The notes beneath the pieces were generated by a model that was given only the letters and a program-made list of their open reading frames with translations, did not search any database and was not told where the DNA came from. Position numbers and translations under genes: made by a program. From contig JAUSES010000029.1 in the NCBI GenBank assembly GCA_030649835.1, positions 4,130 to 68,129 on the forward strand: a DNA stretch of 64,000 nucleotides. The letters are read 5' to 3'. The DNA is from a bacterium (GTDB taxonomy: Bacteria; Patescibacteriota; Minisyncoccia; Phycocordibacterales; UBA1550). Of the stretch, positions 21,524 to 30,889 are shown one piece after another (within the stretch, counting starts at the first letter, position 1; every line of letters starts with the position of its first letter).

Positions 21524-22111
21524 ATGTCCGCAAGTAAACTCCAAAGGCATGCGCGCCAAAAGCCCCGTCGTAGTGCCTTGCAGCAAAAAATTCTTCTTCT
21601 CTTGTCCGCTGGCCTCGCGCTCGGGCTTACCCGTAACCCAAATCAATACTTTCGCATTGTACGAGAGGCAGGAAAAGAGTTGGACAAAATAAACCGCGGC
21701 TCTCTTAATCGCGCGATCCGCTCTCTGTATGAATCAAAGCTTGTTTCCACAAAAGACAACCATGATGGCACACTGACACTAGTGTTGTCTAAAGAAGGGA
21801 AGCAGCTTGCGTTGACGTACAACATTAATAACATGGAGATAAAAAAGCCGACACAATGGGACGGAAAGTGGCGGATTGTGATGTTTGATGTGCCAGAGCC
21901 ACTCAAAAAAGTGCGCGACTCGCTTCGTATGCATTTTAAAAATATGGGATTTTATGAATTTCAGAAATCTGTGTTTGTGCATCCGTATCCGTGCGCAAAG
22001 GAGATAGAGTATATTGTGGAGTTTTATGAGGCGCAAAAATATATTCGATTTATTGTTGCGACAGATATTGATAACGCACTGGAGCTGAAGAAGAATTTCC
22101 ATCTTCTTTGA
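21524..22111 (+). CDS. PaaX-like protein (winged helix plus Cas2-like ferredoxin-fold domain)
   Basis: WDGKWRIVMFDVPE..KKVRDSLR...GF..FQKSVFVHPYPC. Confidence 0.85.
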   Translation: MSASKLQRHARQKPRRSALQQKILLLLSAGLALGLTRNPNQYFRIVREAGKELDKINRGSLNRAIRSLYESKLVSTKDNHDGTLTLVLSKEGKQLALTYNINNMEIKKPTQWDGKWRIVMFDVPEPLKKVRDSLRMHFKNMGFYEFQKSVFVHPYPCAKEIEYIVEFYEAQKYIRFIVATDIDNALELKKNFHLL

Positions 22112-22139
22112 ACGCTCAGTGTCACCGCCCCCGCCGCCA

Positions 22140-22189
22140 CTCTCTCCCGCGCAATAAACAGCTATCGCTGTTTATTGCGCGGGAGAGAG
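22140..22189. repeat. Extended copy of the same palindrome downstream of the PaaX-like gene
   Basis: CTCTCTCCCGCGCAATAAACAGCTATCGCTGTTTATTGCGCGGGAGAGAG. Confidence 0.9.
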
Positions 22190-22317
22190 CTAGTGGGAAA
22201 CATTAGTGTTATTTCCGTACGTGTCTTTAGTAAGGGGTTTTATGGTTTTGCAGAAAAAAGCCCACTGCGCCTTGGGAGACGAGCGGGCTGAATTAGAACC
22301 AAAATATTGTATAGAGG

Positions 22318-23049
22318 TTAAGAAACTGCTGAACGGAGACCGCACCGCGCGCCCGAACTGCCGGGGCCGTCCCAATGCACGCGCACCCTGTCGTCGTCCA
22401 GGCCCACGCTCGGCACATAGCCATCGGCACGGCGAGAACCGGTGCAGAGTGTCCACCCAATGATGTCCAAGTGTTCCCCCGTTTCATCGAAATAAGAAAT
22501 CTCGAGAAACATCCTCTCAAGAAGCGTCATTCCGATTTTCATGTCAGGATCCGCTTGGTAGGTCGACTTGCCCAAATACTTCTCATCAGGTTCTACCCCT
22601 ACACGTACCCAAATGGCATACGTTTCCTTGGTGTCGCGCGCATTTTTTGTAACACTCTCATCAAGGTTATCAGAATATTTCCAACACTTGAATGCTTTGC
22701 TCATTCGGTCATACACTTGATTCAGTGTCAGTCCACGCGCGATGATAAGCAAACGCCAATCGCCTTCTGTTGGCACATCAGGGATATGCACGTCAGCTAC
22801 ATTGAGGTCAAGCGAAAAATACTTCTGGTAGAATTTCCGCCAGGCTTCGCGCTTCTCAACATACAAGTCGGTTTGATTGAACATCTCCCGTAATTGCTTG
22901 CGGATTGATTCCTTCTTGCCGATATAATACTGTAGTTGGGAATCAGTCATTTGACTGAAAATTGCTATTAGTATCTCAGTGATAAACCCGATGAGAATGC
23001 CGATTTTCGTAAAGAATTTCGGGCTTTTGGGGGTCTGTTCCATTTTCAT
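22318..23049 (-). CDS. Probable DGR target protein (C-type-lectin-like C-terminus with variable region)
   Basis: C-terminus TLCTGSR..DG.VP.V....V.VHW.......GLRSAVS*; GC-rich 3' end enriched in NNC/NNT codons. Confidence 0.7.
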   Translation of the reverse strand: MKMEQTPKSPKFFTKIGILIGFITEILIAIFSQMTDSQLQYYIGKKESIRKQLREMFNQTDLYVEKREAWRKFYQKYFSLDLNVADVHIPDVPTEGDWRLLIIARGLTLNQVYDRMSKAFKCWKYSDNLDESVTKNARDTKETYAIWVRVGVEPDEKYLGKSTYQADPDMKIGMTLLERMFLEISYFDETGEHLDIIGWTLCTGSRRADGYVPSVGLDDDRVRVHWDGPGSSGARCGLRSAVS

Positions 23050-23279
23050 GGTCTTTTCCTTTGTAAAAGTGCTACGACTTCCAGATCTGCTGGACCAGTA
23101 ACTAGCTTCAAGAATAGCACGATTGGATAGAACTTGTCAAGTAGCATAAAAATCCTTGTATCTATTGCGTAAAAAAACAGACGGGGGTATACTATTTGAT
23201 AAGGGGGCTCGGGGAGCCGTTGCGCCCGAGAAACTCGGTTTTAGTATTAAAAGTTTAATAGTTAATTACATAATATATT

Positions 23280-23552
23280 ATGAACAAAGCAGCTATCGCA
23301 GAAATCATCCACGAGAAAATGGGTGGTACAAAAGTTTCAGCAGAGCAGACACTTGAGGCAATCCTCGAGGCAATGGTAAAGACCCTTAAGGGTGGTGGGG
23401 AGGTTTCAATCGCAGGACTTGGTATCTTTTCAACAAAGGCACGCGCAGCTCGCACCGCACGTAACCCAAAGACTGGTGAAGCTATTCAGGTGAAAGCAAC
23501 AACCGTTCCAAAGTTCCGCGCCGCAAAGGCTCTCAAGGACGCAGTAAAGTAG
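23280..23552 (+). CDS. hup: DNA-binding protein HU
   Basis: MNKA...GLGIF...RAARTARNPKTGE...PKFRAAKALKDAVK. Confidence 0.96.
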   Translation: MNKAAIAEIIHEKMGGTKVSAEQTLEAILEAMVKTLKGGGEVSIAGLGIFSTKARAARTARNPKTGEAIQVKATTVPKFRAAKALKDAVK

Positions 23553-23614
23553 GTTCAAAAAAAAGAAAACTCAGGCTTTTAAAAAGCCTGAGTTTTCTTT
23601 TTTTTTGAACCTAC
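23549..23614. terminator. Long A/T-tailed palindrome, bidirectional terminator
   Basis: GTAGGTTCA8GAAAACTCAGGC...GCCTGAGTTTTC-polyT-GAACCTAC between convergent genes. Confidence 0.7.
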
Positions 23615-23627
23615 AAGTACAGTCCAT

Positions 23628-24236
23628 TTAGATTTTATAAATAAACCATGCGCCAACAATCCCACCCAACAACGGCACAAAAGATATTTTCTTAGATTTG
23701 ATGACCTCAAATATTTTTGGGTCTGTAATTCGTCCATGTCGAGCGCGAGCCCCCAATCGTAGTGCATTGATTCCTTTTTCTTTTGACCGAGTACGAAGTG
23801 TGTCACTTACTGCCACTTGCGTCATTTTGTCAGTTGGTTCAATAACGAGCAAGACACCGCCATGTTTTACCGCACTAAAAAGCGAGATTAGGGCGGCAGA
23901 CTTATCTTCAAGTGTCGCAAGTAAAGAAGACGCGGAAACAACATCCGCACTTTCTTTCTTGAGATGCAATGCATCTCCAACCTCAAAAACCGCATTTGAC
24001 CTTTCATTGTGAGCAATTCTCCTTGCCTCACGAATCATAAAAGGATCTGTGTCTATTCCTGTTGCGTCGTATCCATTTTCTACGGCAAGACGGGTCATGA
24101 GCCCTGGCCCACAGCCAACATCAAGCCACTTCCCGTTTTCAATCCTTGGAAGAATGTTCACCGCTTCAGAGTGTAGGTTTTTGTAAAAAACTGCTCCTTG
24201 TAACCAAACAAATAATTTTGCACTTAGATAGCTCAT
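23628..24236 (-). CDS. Class I SAM-dependent methyltransferase
   Basis: WLDVGCGPG motif. Confidence 0.85.
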   Translation of the reverse strand: MSYLSAKLFVWLQGAVFYKNLHSEAVNILPRIENGKWLDVGCGPGLMTRLAVENGYDATGIDTDPFMIREARRIAHNERSNAVFEVGDALHLKKESADVVSASSLLATLEDKSAALISLFSAVKHGGVLLVIEPTDKMTQVAVSDTLRTRSKEKGINALRLGARARHGRITDPKIFEVIKSKKISFVPLLGGIVGAWFIYKI

Positions 24237-24620
24237 TTATTGGTCGTTAGACTTTTTCGGCATCCAAAACAAGAGAAGAGCCACAAAAGCCGTCGCATTT
24301 ACCATCGGGAATAATGACACCGACAAAGCGAGTGTACCATTTATCGTATAGAATATTCCCACCGCAAGATCGACAATCTGGATAAATAACATGTTTTTTA
24401 TCCAAAATACATTCTTTTCTGGATTTTTGGCGATAGCAAACATCCCTACCCCGTATGCGAGAAACCGTGCGGCCAGCATTCCAAGCAAATAAGCGCCGTC
24501 AGTGGGAATGACGGAGAGCCCCATCCATCCAACAAGATTAAGTGGCACAAAAAGAAGCCCAGCCCCTAAAATGAGTTGCACAACACCAATTAATCTTAAT
24601 AGAATCTTCAATTTTTTCAT
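24237..24620 (-). CDS. 4-TM membrane protein
   Basis: 127-aa hydrophobic ORF co-oriented with and abutting the methyltransferase. Confidence 0.75.
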   Translation of the reverse strand: MKKLKILLRLIGVVQLILGAGLLFVPLNLVGWMGLSVIPTDGAYLLGMLAARFLAYGVGMFAIAKNPEKNVFWIKNMLFIQIVDLAVGIFYTINGTLALSVSLFPMVNATAFVALLLFWMPKKSNDQ

Positions 24621-24705
24621 AATATTTTTTAAAAATTAATAAACTTGCACCTCAAAAGAATAGCAAGTATACTATCTAATGTAAAGTAGTTACCTTTTAG
24701 AAACC

Positions 24706-25044
24706 ATGAAAAACACAAAACTTATCAAAGATGTCCCGTCTCTCTGTAGTCCAGACTGTCCTGTGAAAAAGACTGCCGATATTATTGATGGGAAATGGGT
24801 TACCCTTATTGTTCGTGACCTTTTATCAGGCAAAAAAAGATATTCGGAATTATTAAAGTCCCTTGTGGGCGTTAGTCCCAAAATCCTTGCAGCACGACTA
24901 AAATATCTTGAGGAAAAGGGAATCCTCACGAGAAAGCCTTATCCTACGGTCCCTCCAAAAACAGAATATGAATTAACAAAATTAGGACTAAAATTAAAGG
25001 ACGTTGTACTTGCAATGGAGGTGTTTGGAGAACATCTTTCATAA
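24706..25044 (+). CDS. HxlR-family transcriptional regulator
   Basis: CPV...IIDGKW, SPKILAARLK.LE, YPTVPPKTEYELT. Confidence 0.92.
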   Translation: MKNTKLIKDVPSLCSPDCPVKKTADIIDGKWVTLIVRDLLSGKKRYSELLKSLVGVSPKILAARLKYLEEKGILTRKPYPTVPPKTEYELTKLGLKLKDVVLAMEVFGEHLS

Positions 25045-25133
25045 AATATGACATCTCTCATACTACCTTCCTATTGCATTTTTTAGTAAACTGGTTTACT
25101 ATATCTTAACCCTGCTAATGGGGCAAATAAAAA

Positions 25134-25553
25134 ATGTGGATTAAAACTTATAGCAAAAAAGTAACGGGAGTGAATATAAATAAAATCTGGAGCGTTTGGA
25201 CTGATGTAAATAATTGGCATACATGGCAAGATGATATTGATTATGCAAAAATAGAAGGAGTATTTGAAGTTGGTAATACTTTTCTGCTCAAGCCAAAGGG
25301 TGGCCCTAAAGTGAAGATTGAAATTATTAGAGTTGAAGAAACTGTAAATTTTACTGATCTAACTAAATTTCCTCTTGCGAAAATGATTGGATCTCACGAT
25401 TTTATTATAGATGGGAACGAATTAGAAATTCGAACAACAATGTCCATAAAGGGGCCATTGTCTTTCCTATGGAGAAAAATAGTTGCAGAAGGTGTTGCAA
25501 ATGGAATGGAGGAGCAAACTAATAAACTTATTGAGCGTGCAAGAAATGTCTAG
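25134..25553 (+). CDS. SRPBCC/polyketide cyclase-like protein
   Basis: IWSVWTDVNNWHTW, GPLSFLWRKIV. Confidence 0.8.
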   Translation: MWIKTYSKKVTGVNINKIWSVWTDVNNWHTWQDDIDYAKIEGVFEVGNTFLLKPKGGPKVKIEIIRVEETVNFTDLTKFPLAKMIGSHDFIIDGNELEIRTTMSIKGPLSFLWRKIVAEGVANGMEEQTNKLIERARNV

Positions 25554-26016
25554 ACAATCTACTTTTAAACATGAGGAAGCTGACGACAGCGCAGGGTTCT
25601 TGCTTTGGAAAATAACAGTTCTGTGGCAAAAAAAGCTGTCAACAGTACTTGATCGCTTTAAGATTACTCAAACACAATATGCAATACTTGCTTCTTTAAG
25701 GTGGTTTGAAGAAAGAAATGAGCCACTGAAACAATCTCACCTAGCAGAACATACAAAAATAGACAAAATGACCCTCTCTAAAGCTATTCGGATGCTCGAG
25801 AAAAATGGATTAGTACTTCGGAAGAAATCAGTGCGTGATAGCCGAGCTACGGATGTTTTCTTTACTCCCCAAGGAAAAAAAATTACTGAGAAAGCTATCG
25901 TTGCTATTGAAAAAGCTGATGATGAGTTTTTTGCATGCCTCACCATAAAAACCCTTATTGAGTATAAAACCTTTACTAAGGTAATTATCTCGACAAATGA
26001 CTCCGCCTCGAATTAA
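25546..26016 (+). CDS. MarR-family regulator
   Basis: GFLLW, ITQTQYAIL, DKMTLSKAIRMLE, DSRA...TPQG. Confidence 0.9.
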   Translation: MSRQSTFKHEEADDSAGFLLWKITVLWQKKLSTVLDRFKITQTQYAILASLRWFEERNEPLKQSHLAEHTKIDKMTLSKAIRMLEKNGLVLRKKSVRDSRATDVFFTPQGKKITEKAIVAIEKADDEFFACLTIKTLIEYKTFTKVIISTNDSASN

Positions 26017-26336
26017 AAAACTAAAACCTTATCAGATTGTTCGATCATCTTGAGGAGGTCATTCATTGTGGAGGTCGGAGCAATTTCTATTTTCTCTTTA
26101 CCGCGGATCTTTAGACAACTTCCACAAGCATAAATTTGGCCATTTAGTTTTTGAAACTCCAAAACCTTTACTGATATATCAAAATCGGTACTATCGGAAA
26201 TGGTATCAATCTCAGAGCCTTCATTCATTAGAAAAATTTCTACCTGATGCCCTGCTTTCATAGCGGTTAGACCAAGACGAAATGTATTATAGACACTTTC
26301 TATTTTATTCGTCTGTAGGATGATGCCAAGTTTCAT
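26013..26336 (-). CDS. DsrE-family protein
   Basis: IFLMNEG, ACGSCLKIRG, SDKVLVF. Confidence 0.85.
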   Translation of the reverse strand: MKLGIILQTNKIESVYNTFRLGLTAMKAGHQVEIFLMNEGSEIDTISDSTDFDISVKVLEFQKLNGQIYACGSCLKIRGKEKIEIAPTSTMNDLLKMIEQSDKVLVF

Positions 26337-26362
26337 GATTTATTTATCTTTAAAAAGTTTTC

Positions 26363-26565
26363 TGTGTGGGATAGGGGAACCGGGGTCAAGTTTCTAAGCT
26401 CGTAAACTTGCTAAGAACTTTCTCCCCCGGGAGTCCAAGACACAAATCTGCTGATTCGTCTGCGCCCTTTCGCAAGCTCAAGGTGCCCGCCTCCGCCTTT
26501 CGATTCTCCGTACCCGCTACAAAATGCAACAACGCAGAAACTTTCGTTTCAGCGTTGGCATTTTG
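26363..26565 (-). repeat. tRNA-3'-associated fold-back element (Gly-TCC copy)
   Basis: Inverted copy of the tRNA 3' end near 26499-26520 and direct copy at 26363-26380. Confidence 0.7.
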
Positions 26566-26636
26566 TGCGGGATAGGGGAATCGAACTCCTGATTTCAGTT
26601 TGGAAAACTGAAGTTATACCATTTAACTAATCCCGC
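26566..26636 (-). tRNA. tRNA-Gly(TCC)
   Basis: GCGGGATTAGTTAAATGGTATAAC-TTCAGT TT TCC AA ACTGA-...GTTCGATTC...CCCGCA cloverleaf. Confidence 0.95.
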
Positions 26637-26727
26637 AATTTCTTAGAGAATATCAGAAACGACCGAGTTTCGCAACTGCGAAACTCGGTCGTTTCTAACA
26701 CCTACCAACTAAAACCTATCAACTGTT

Positions 26728-27594
26728 TTAGCCCACAATTGACCTCACTTTTGTCACAATCTCATCCAGTGTAAAGTTTGCCTTTACCATAAAATCTTTT
26801 GCTCCGAGTGTCATTGCCTTGTCAAAATCTTCCTTCTGTCCAAGGTTACTCAATATAACAACAGGGATATCAGCTGTCTTTGGTTCATTCTTAATGCGCT
26901 TTAGTATTTCAAAACCATCCACTCCTGGCAAAATAAGGTCACACAAAATTATTTTTGGCTTCCGTTCTGACAAAATGGTAAATGCTGCCTGTGCATCTAT
27001 CGCATTTTGCACATCAAAACCTTCACCTGATAGTTTTCTGACAAGGAGTTCGCGTAAAAATTTATCATCCTCAATAACTAGTATAAATATTTTTTCGCCC
27101 GTAGAAGGGGCGGGTGTTTCGCTTATTTTTTTTTCATCGTTCATAATTTCTTTAGTTACTCCTGTGCTTTTTATATTTTGTGCCCTAATTCCCCATTCTC
27201 CAGGTGGCGCCATCCCTCCACCTGAGAGCACGTGTTCAACTTTTTCTAAAACTTCATTTGGATCAAATACCGCCTTAATTAAAAATTCTCGCGCACCAAG
27301 CTCCTGCGCACGCTTTATTTCTAGTGGCTGGCCAGAGTTTGAAATAATTATAACAGGAATCGTTCTAAGCTCTGCGTCGGCAAAAAGGTCCTCAAGAACC
27401 TCAATCCCCCCTTTGCGAGGCATTAAAATATCCAAAAGAACACAGTCTGGTCGTTTAGCACGGATCTTTTCCATTGCGATAACCCCATCCTCGGCCTTAT
27501 CCACTATGTAGCCATTTTTTTCAAGCTTCTCCGAGAGTACATCTCGCAAGATAGCATCGTCCTCAACAATTATTATTCTTTTTTTCTCAGGCAT
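26728..27594 (-). CDS. Response regulator with two tandem receiver domains and no output domain
   Basis: VEDD...LLDILMP and IEDD...CDLILP receivers. Confidence 0.9.
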   Translation of the reverse strand: MPEKKRIIIVEDDAILRDVLSEKLEKNGYIVDKAEDGVIAMEKIRAKRPDCVLLDILMPRKGGIEVLEDLFADAELRTIPVIIISNSGQPLEIKRAQELGAREFLIKAVFDPNEVLEKVEHVLSGGGMAPPGEWGIRAQNIKSTGVTKEIMNDEKKISETPAPSTGEKIFILVIEDDKFLRELLVRKLSGEGFDVQNAIDAQAAFTILSERKPKIILCDLILPGVDGFEILKRIKNEPKTADIPVVILSNLGQKEDFDKAMTLGAKDFMVKANFTLDEIVTKVRSIVG

Positions 27595-27611
27595 AATATT
27601 TATATATTATA

Positions 27612-29579
27612 TTATGAAATCGTCTTGTTTGCCAGCGAAACATCATTGTGTCCACTTCCGGCCCCAACGATGTTCACAGATTCTCCATTATTTGATACAT
27701 CCTCTTTTGGTATTAGCTCTGTAATGGTTGGTATCAATACGGTAAAAGCTGTTCCCTTGCCTTCAACAGTATCAACCCATATCTGCCCGCCGTGGCGCAC
27801 TACAATACTCTTTACAATAAAGAGTCCTAGTCCTGAACCATCTGTCTGCAAATGAATCACATTTGCAGCACGGAAAAACTTAGAAAATAGTTTTGGAAGG
27901 TCTGTTTTAGGAATACCTACACCCGTATCACTAATTTTTATCTCTATATAATCACCATGTTTACTAACTGAGATGGTGACCCTCCCCCTTGGGAACGTGT
28001 ACTTCATAGCATTATCAACAATGTTCTGGAGCGCTATGAGAAGTTTTTCTGGATCAAAAACAAAGTCAGGAATTGTGCCAGCATGATTTTCAAGCCGTAC
28101 CTCAATATTTCGTTCTTTTGAAGGAAGGACGGTGCTTTCCATAAGCATACTAAGAAGTCTCATAAAGTCATTTTTCCCAAAATCATACCCAAACTTACTA
28201 TTCTCTATACGTGAAACATTAAGTAAGTCATTAACGAGCTGGATCATTTTCTCGTTCGTTTCATACCCACGCCTTAACATACCTTTTTGGGTCTCAGAGA
28301 CTTCACCAAGATCTCCATCAAGTAACAGCTTAAGTACCCATTTCACTCCCGAAAGCGGTGTGCGTAGCTGATGTGCAGCCACAGAGATAAAATCTGATTT
28401 CAGTTTATCAAATTCTCTTAGGCTACCTACCATGGAGTTAAAAACATCTCCGAATTGCCCAATCTCATCGTTAGATGTATGCTCTACAGTTTGATTAAAA
28501 TCACCCCCCGCTATTTTTTTAGCAACCAAAGAGTATTTACGTATAGGACCAACGACCTCCGTTTCCAAAATAACAGCGAGTACAACAACGAGAATTACCG
28601 TAAACACTAAACCAATCCACAACATGCGAAGTTTAAGTTGGTTCACCCGAACCTTATAGACATCTTTAAATACCTGAATTTCGGTTAGTCCTGCTATTTG
28701 TTTTTTCCCGTCTGTTCCAACAAAAAATACTGGATTTAATCGCACAATAACATCTACGGTTTTCCCGTTTGGCGTTATGTATGTACGATCAATTTCAAAC
28801 GGGGCCTTTAGTTCGCCACTCATTACACCAAGACGAGCTTTTTTATACTCAGGAGGATCGTCCTTAGTTTCGTTTGGGTTGTTTTGAGTACTTGCTATAA
28901 TATTTAATTTTTCATCAAAAATGATAAAGTTATTAAAAAAATAGAAGTCTTTTACGCTATTTACAATTCGCTGAAGTACGTCAACACTAATTTTTCTAGT
29001 AACAATAAGTGAGCGCATATTTTGGTCAACAAATCTCGTAACAACCTGAAGAACCTTTTTCGCTTCTTCAATATCTGACAAATTTTTTGAGCGCGACGAG
29101 ACAGAAATATCAATAACATTTACCATTTCTGATGAAGTATCGTCGCCTTTAAAAAACACAGGAACATGTCTCTCAAATTCGTAAAAAGTCCCCCTGTCTT
29201 TTTCTGCACTTATTCCCACTCTTTCAACTTCTATCTTTTTCAAGATTTCCCTGTCCTCAAAACTAATCTCCTTTCCTATCAGCTCGTGGTCTTTTGCAGC
29301 AACATAGTATCCGCGCGCATCATTAACATTAATATATTTCAGCTCAGAGCCTGCTCCAATTTTATCTATTGTTGTTTGTAGAGTATCTTGCTGTATATAA
29401 TTTTGAATAAAGGTACGTTCTATCTGATCCCCCAAAATATTTATCACCCCTTGTGAGTCTTCTAAAACTTGCTGTCGTAGGTTTACCGAAACCATATCTA
29501 CGATAACCCAAAAAACTATCGCGAGAATAAACGTAGTTACCGTAACCAAAACAAGATTTACTTTTGTGCCAAGCTTCAT
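27612..29579 (-). CDS. HAMP-domain sensor histidine kinase
   Basis: 2 TM, DEIGQF, AHQLRTPL, NAMKY, DTGVGI, GSGLGL. Confidence 0.93.
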   Translation of the reverse strand: MKLGTKVNLVLVTVTTFILAIVFWVIVDMVSVNLRQQVLEDSQGVINILGDQIERTFIQNYIQQDTLQTTIDKIGAGSELKYINVNDARGYYVAAKDHELIGKEISFEDREILKKIEVERVGISAEKDRGTFYEFERHVPVFFKGDDTSSEMVNVIDISVSSRSKNLSDIEEAKKVLQVVTRFVDQNMRSLIVTRKISVDVLQRIVNSVKDFYFFNNFIIFDEKLNIIASTQNNPNETKDDPPEYKKARLGVMSGELKAPFEIDRTYITPNGKTVDVIVRLNPVFFVGTDGKKQIAGLTEIQVFKDVYKVRVNQLKLRMLWIGLVFTVILVVVLAVILETEVVGPIRKYSLVAKKIAGGDFNQTVEHTSNDEIGQFGDVFNSMVGSLREFDKLKSDFISVAAHQLRTPLSGVKWVLKLLLDGDLGEVSETQKGMLRRGYETNEKMIQLVNDLLNVSRIENSKFGYDFGKNDFMRLLSMLMESTVLPSKERNIEVRLENHAGTIPDFVFDPEKLLIALQNIVDNAMKYTFPRGRVTISVSKHGDYIEIKISDTGVGIPKTDLPKLFSKFFRAANVIHLQTDGSGLGLFIVKSIVVRHGGQIWVDTVEGKGTAFTVLIPTITELIPKEDVSNNGESVNIVGAGSGHNDVSLANKTIS

Positions 29580-29704
29580 CCCGTTAGAGGTAGGAAACGC
29601 TGTGCGTTTCCGTAGTTATTTAATAAATAGTAATACATCAATGTTTTATTATTATAATCCCGCTCTCTCATTATACAAACCTGATGACCTCTAACGGGAT
29701 TCAT
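29577..29704 (-). mobile_element. Start-codon-associated miniature element, copy 2
   Basis: ATGAATCCCGTTAGAGG...TAACTACGGAAACGCACAGCGTTTCCTACCTCTAACGGG then the kinase ATG. Confidence 0.8.
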
Positions 29705-29824
29705 TTCAATATAGTATAGCAGAATTTTTTTATTAAAAGTGAAGCGTGGGTGTGTATAAATGGAAGAATGGAAAAACAATTGGGCGCCCGCAAGCGGACG
29801 CCCAATAGATCAATTCATTGTCTT

Positions 29825-30349
29825 TCACTCCTTTGGGGAAAAAATCCCTATTGCGTCAAAAAGAAGCTTGTCGAAATCAGAGCCTAAAGGATTCTCCTTT
29901 AAAAGCTCGTCAACACGCATGACTATTTCACTATATCCAAAGGTATATCTAAAAACTGTCAGTTCATCTTCTCTATCCCCAAAAACACGAAAAAAGAACG
30001 GCCCGTCAACCAAAGCAATATCCTTGTCACGATTTCCCCATTGCGCATATTTGGTTGCAGGAATTACAACTGTCTGCATTTTTTCGGATCCCTTGTAAAG
30101 ATCCACATCTGGATTTTCAACCAAACCAAAAATACGGTACCTAACTTGCTCGTGTCCAACGAGCTCTGGGAAGTAGCCTTTGTAAACCTCTCTCAGACAT
30201 ACTCCCTCAACCAAAAATGGTACACCTGCATTCCATCTTACTTCCAAGTTAATCTTATCTCTCATTGCGAGGATTCCACCTAGGTCAACAAATCCATCGG
30301 TATTACCAAGCCCCTCCTCGGGTAAAGGAAAGCCACTATTTCTCTTCAT
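29825..30349 (-). CDS. Hypothetical protein
   Basis: 174-aa ORF with GGAGG Shine-Dalgarno upstream. Confidence 0.65.
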   Translation of the reverse strand: MKRNSGFPLPEEGLGNTDGFVDLGGILAMRDKINLEVRWNAGVPFLVEGVCLREVYKGYFPELVGHEQVRYRIFGLVENPDVDLYKGSEKMQTVVIPATKYAQWGNRDKDIALVDGPFFFRVFGDREDELTVFRYTFGYSEIVMRVDELLKENPLGSDFDKLLFDAIGIFSPKE

Positions 30350-30442
30350 TTGCTACCTCCATTTAAATAATGCACTTCGAAAAAAATAAAAGTTTTATTT
30401 ACACCTACCCTCCCTTACCCTACGCTTGTAGTTGCAAAAGTC

Positions 30443-30686
30443 AATGTGCCAAAACAGCTTCTTTCTGTGGGTACTGTGGTCACGGATCACTAAGTCTCCT
30501 CATTTGCTCTGCAAATTACGGGGACTAAGTATCCGCTACCCCACCTCGCGGTTTTTGAAAAAATCGGAAAGAAAACTTTTTTTAAAAACATCGCTGCGGT
30601 CGGCACAGCAGTACGGAAGCAAAGCTGTTTGCTTCTTAATTCAAACAGTTACGCAAGCTTATGAGTAACTGTTTGAATTACTGTTG
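30443..30686 (-). repeat. tRNA-3'-associated fold-back element (Arg-CCG copy)
   Basis: Shares GAGGTGGGGT.G.GG.TACTTAG...TTAGT.A.CCGTGACC core with 34440-34508. Confidence 0.65.
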
Positions 30687-30758
30687 TGCCCTCAATAGGA
30701 ATCGAACCTATATTGCAAGCTTCGGAAGCTTGAATCCTATCCATTGAATGATGAGGGC
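30687..30758 (-). tRNA. tRNA-Arg(CCG)
   Basis: GCCCTCATCATTCAATGGATAGGAT-CAAGC TT CCG AA GCTTG-...GGTTCGATTCC...GAGGGCA. Confidence 0.93.
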
Positions 30759-30889
30759 TTATAGATAAAACTGTCCTTACTCCGCGCTGAGTTAAATTCC
30801 GTGGAACTCTTTATAGACTAAGCATAACAATGATGTGGGCTTTTTGGTACTGGGGTCCGTTGTACTACGGACGCAAATCCTGTACAGAG

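Noticed and set aside
21524-22111. Cas2 / CRISPR-Cas locus
   Set aside because: The Cas2-like fold is part of a PaaX-type protein; no cas1, effector genes or repeat-spacer array were seen in the window.
26819-27511. 230-aa plus-strand ORF (and similar long antisense ORFs at 59256 and 40188)
   Set aside because: They are antisense shadows of well-supported genes.
29576-29779. 67-aa ORF upstream of the kinase (and the MAFPTSNG extension at 39017)
   Set aside because: These are translations of the start-codon-associated element; the frame is not kept open in other copies.
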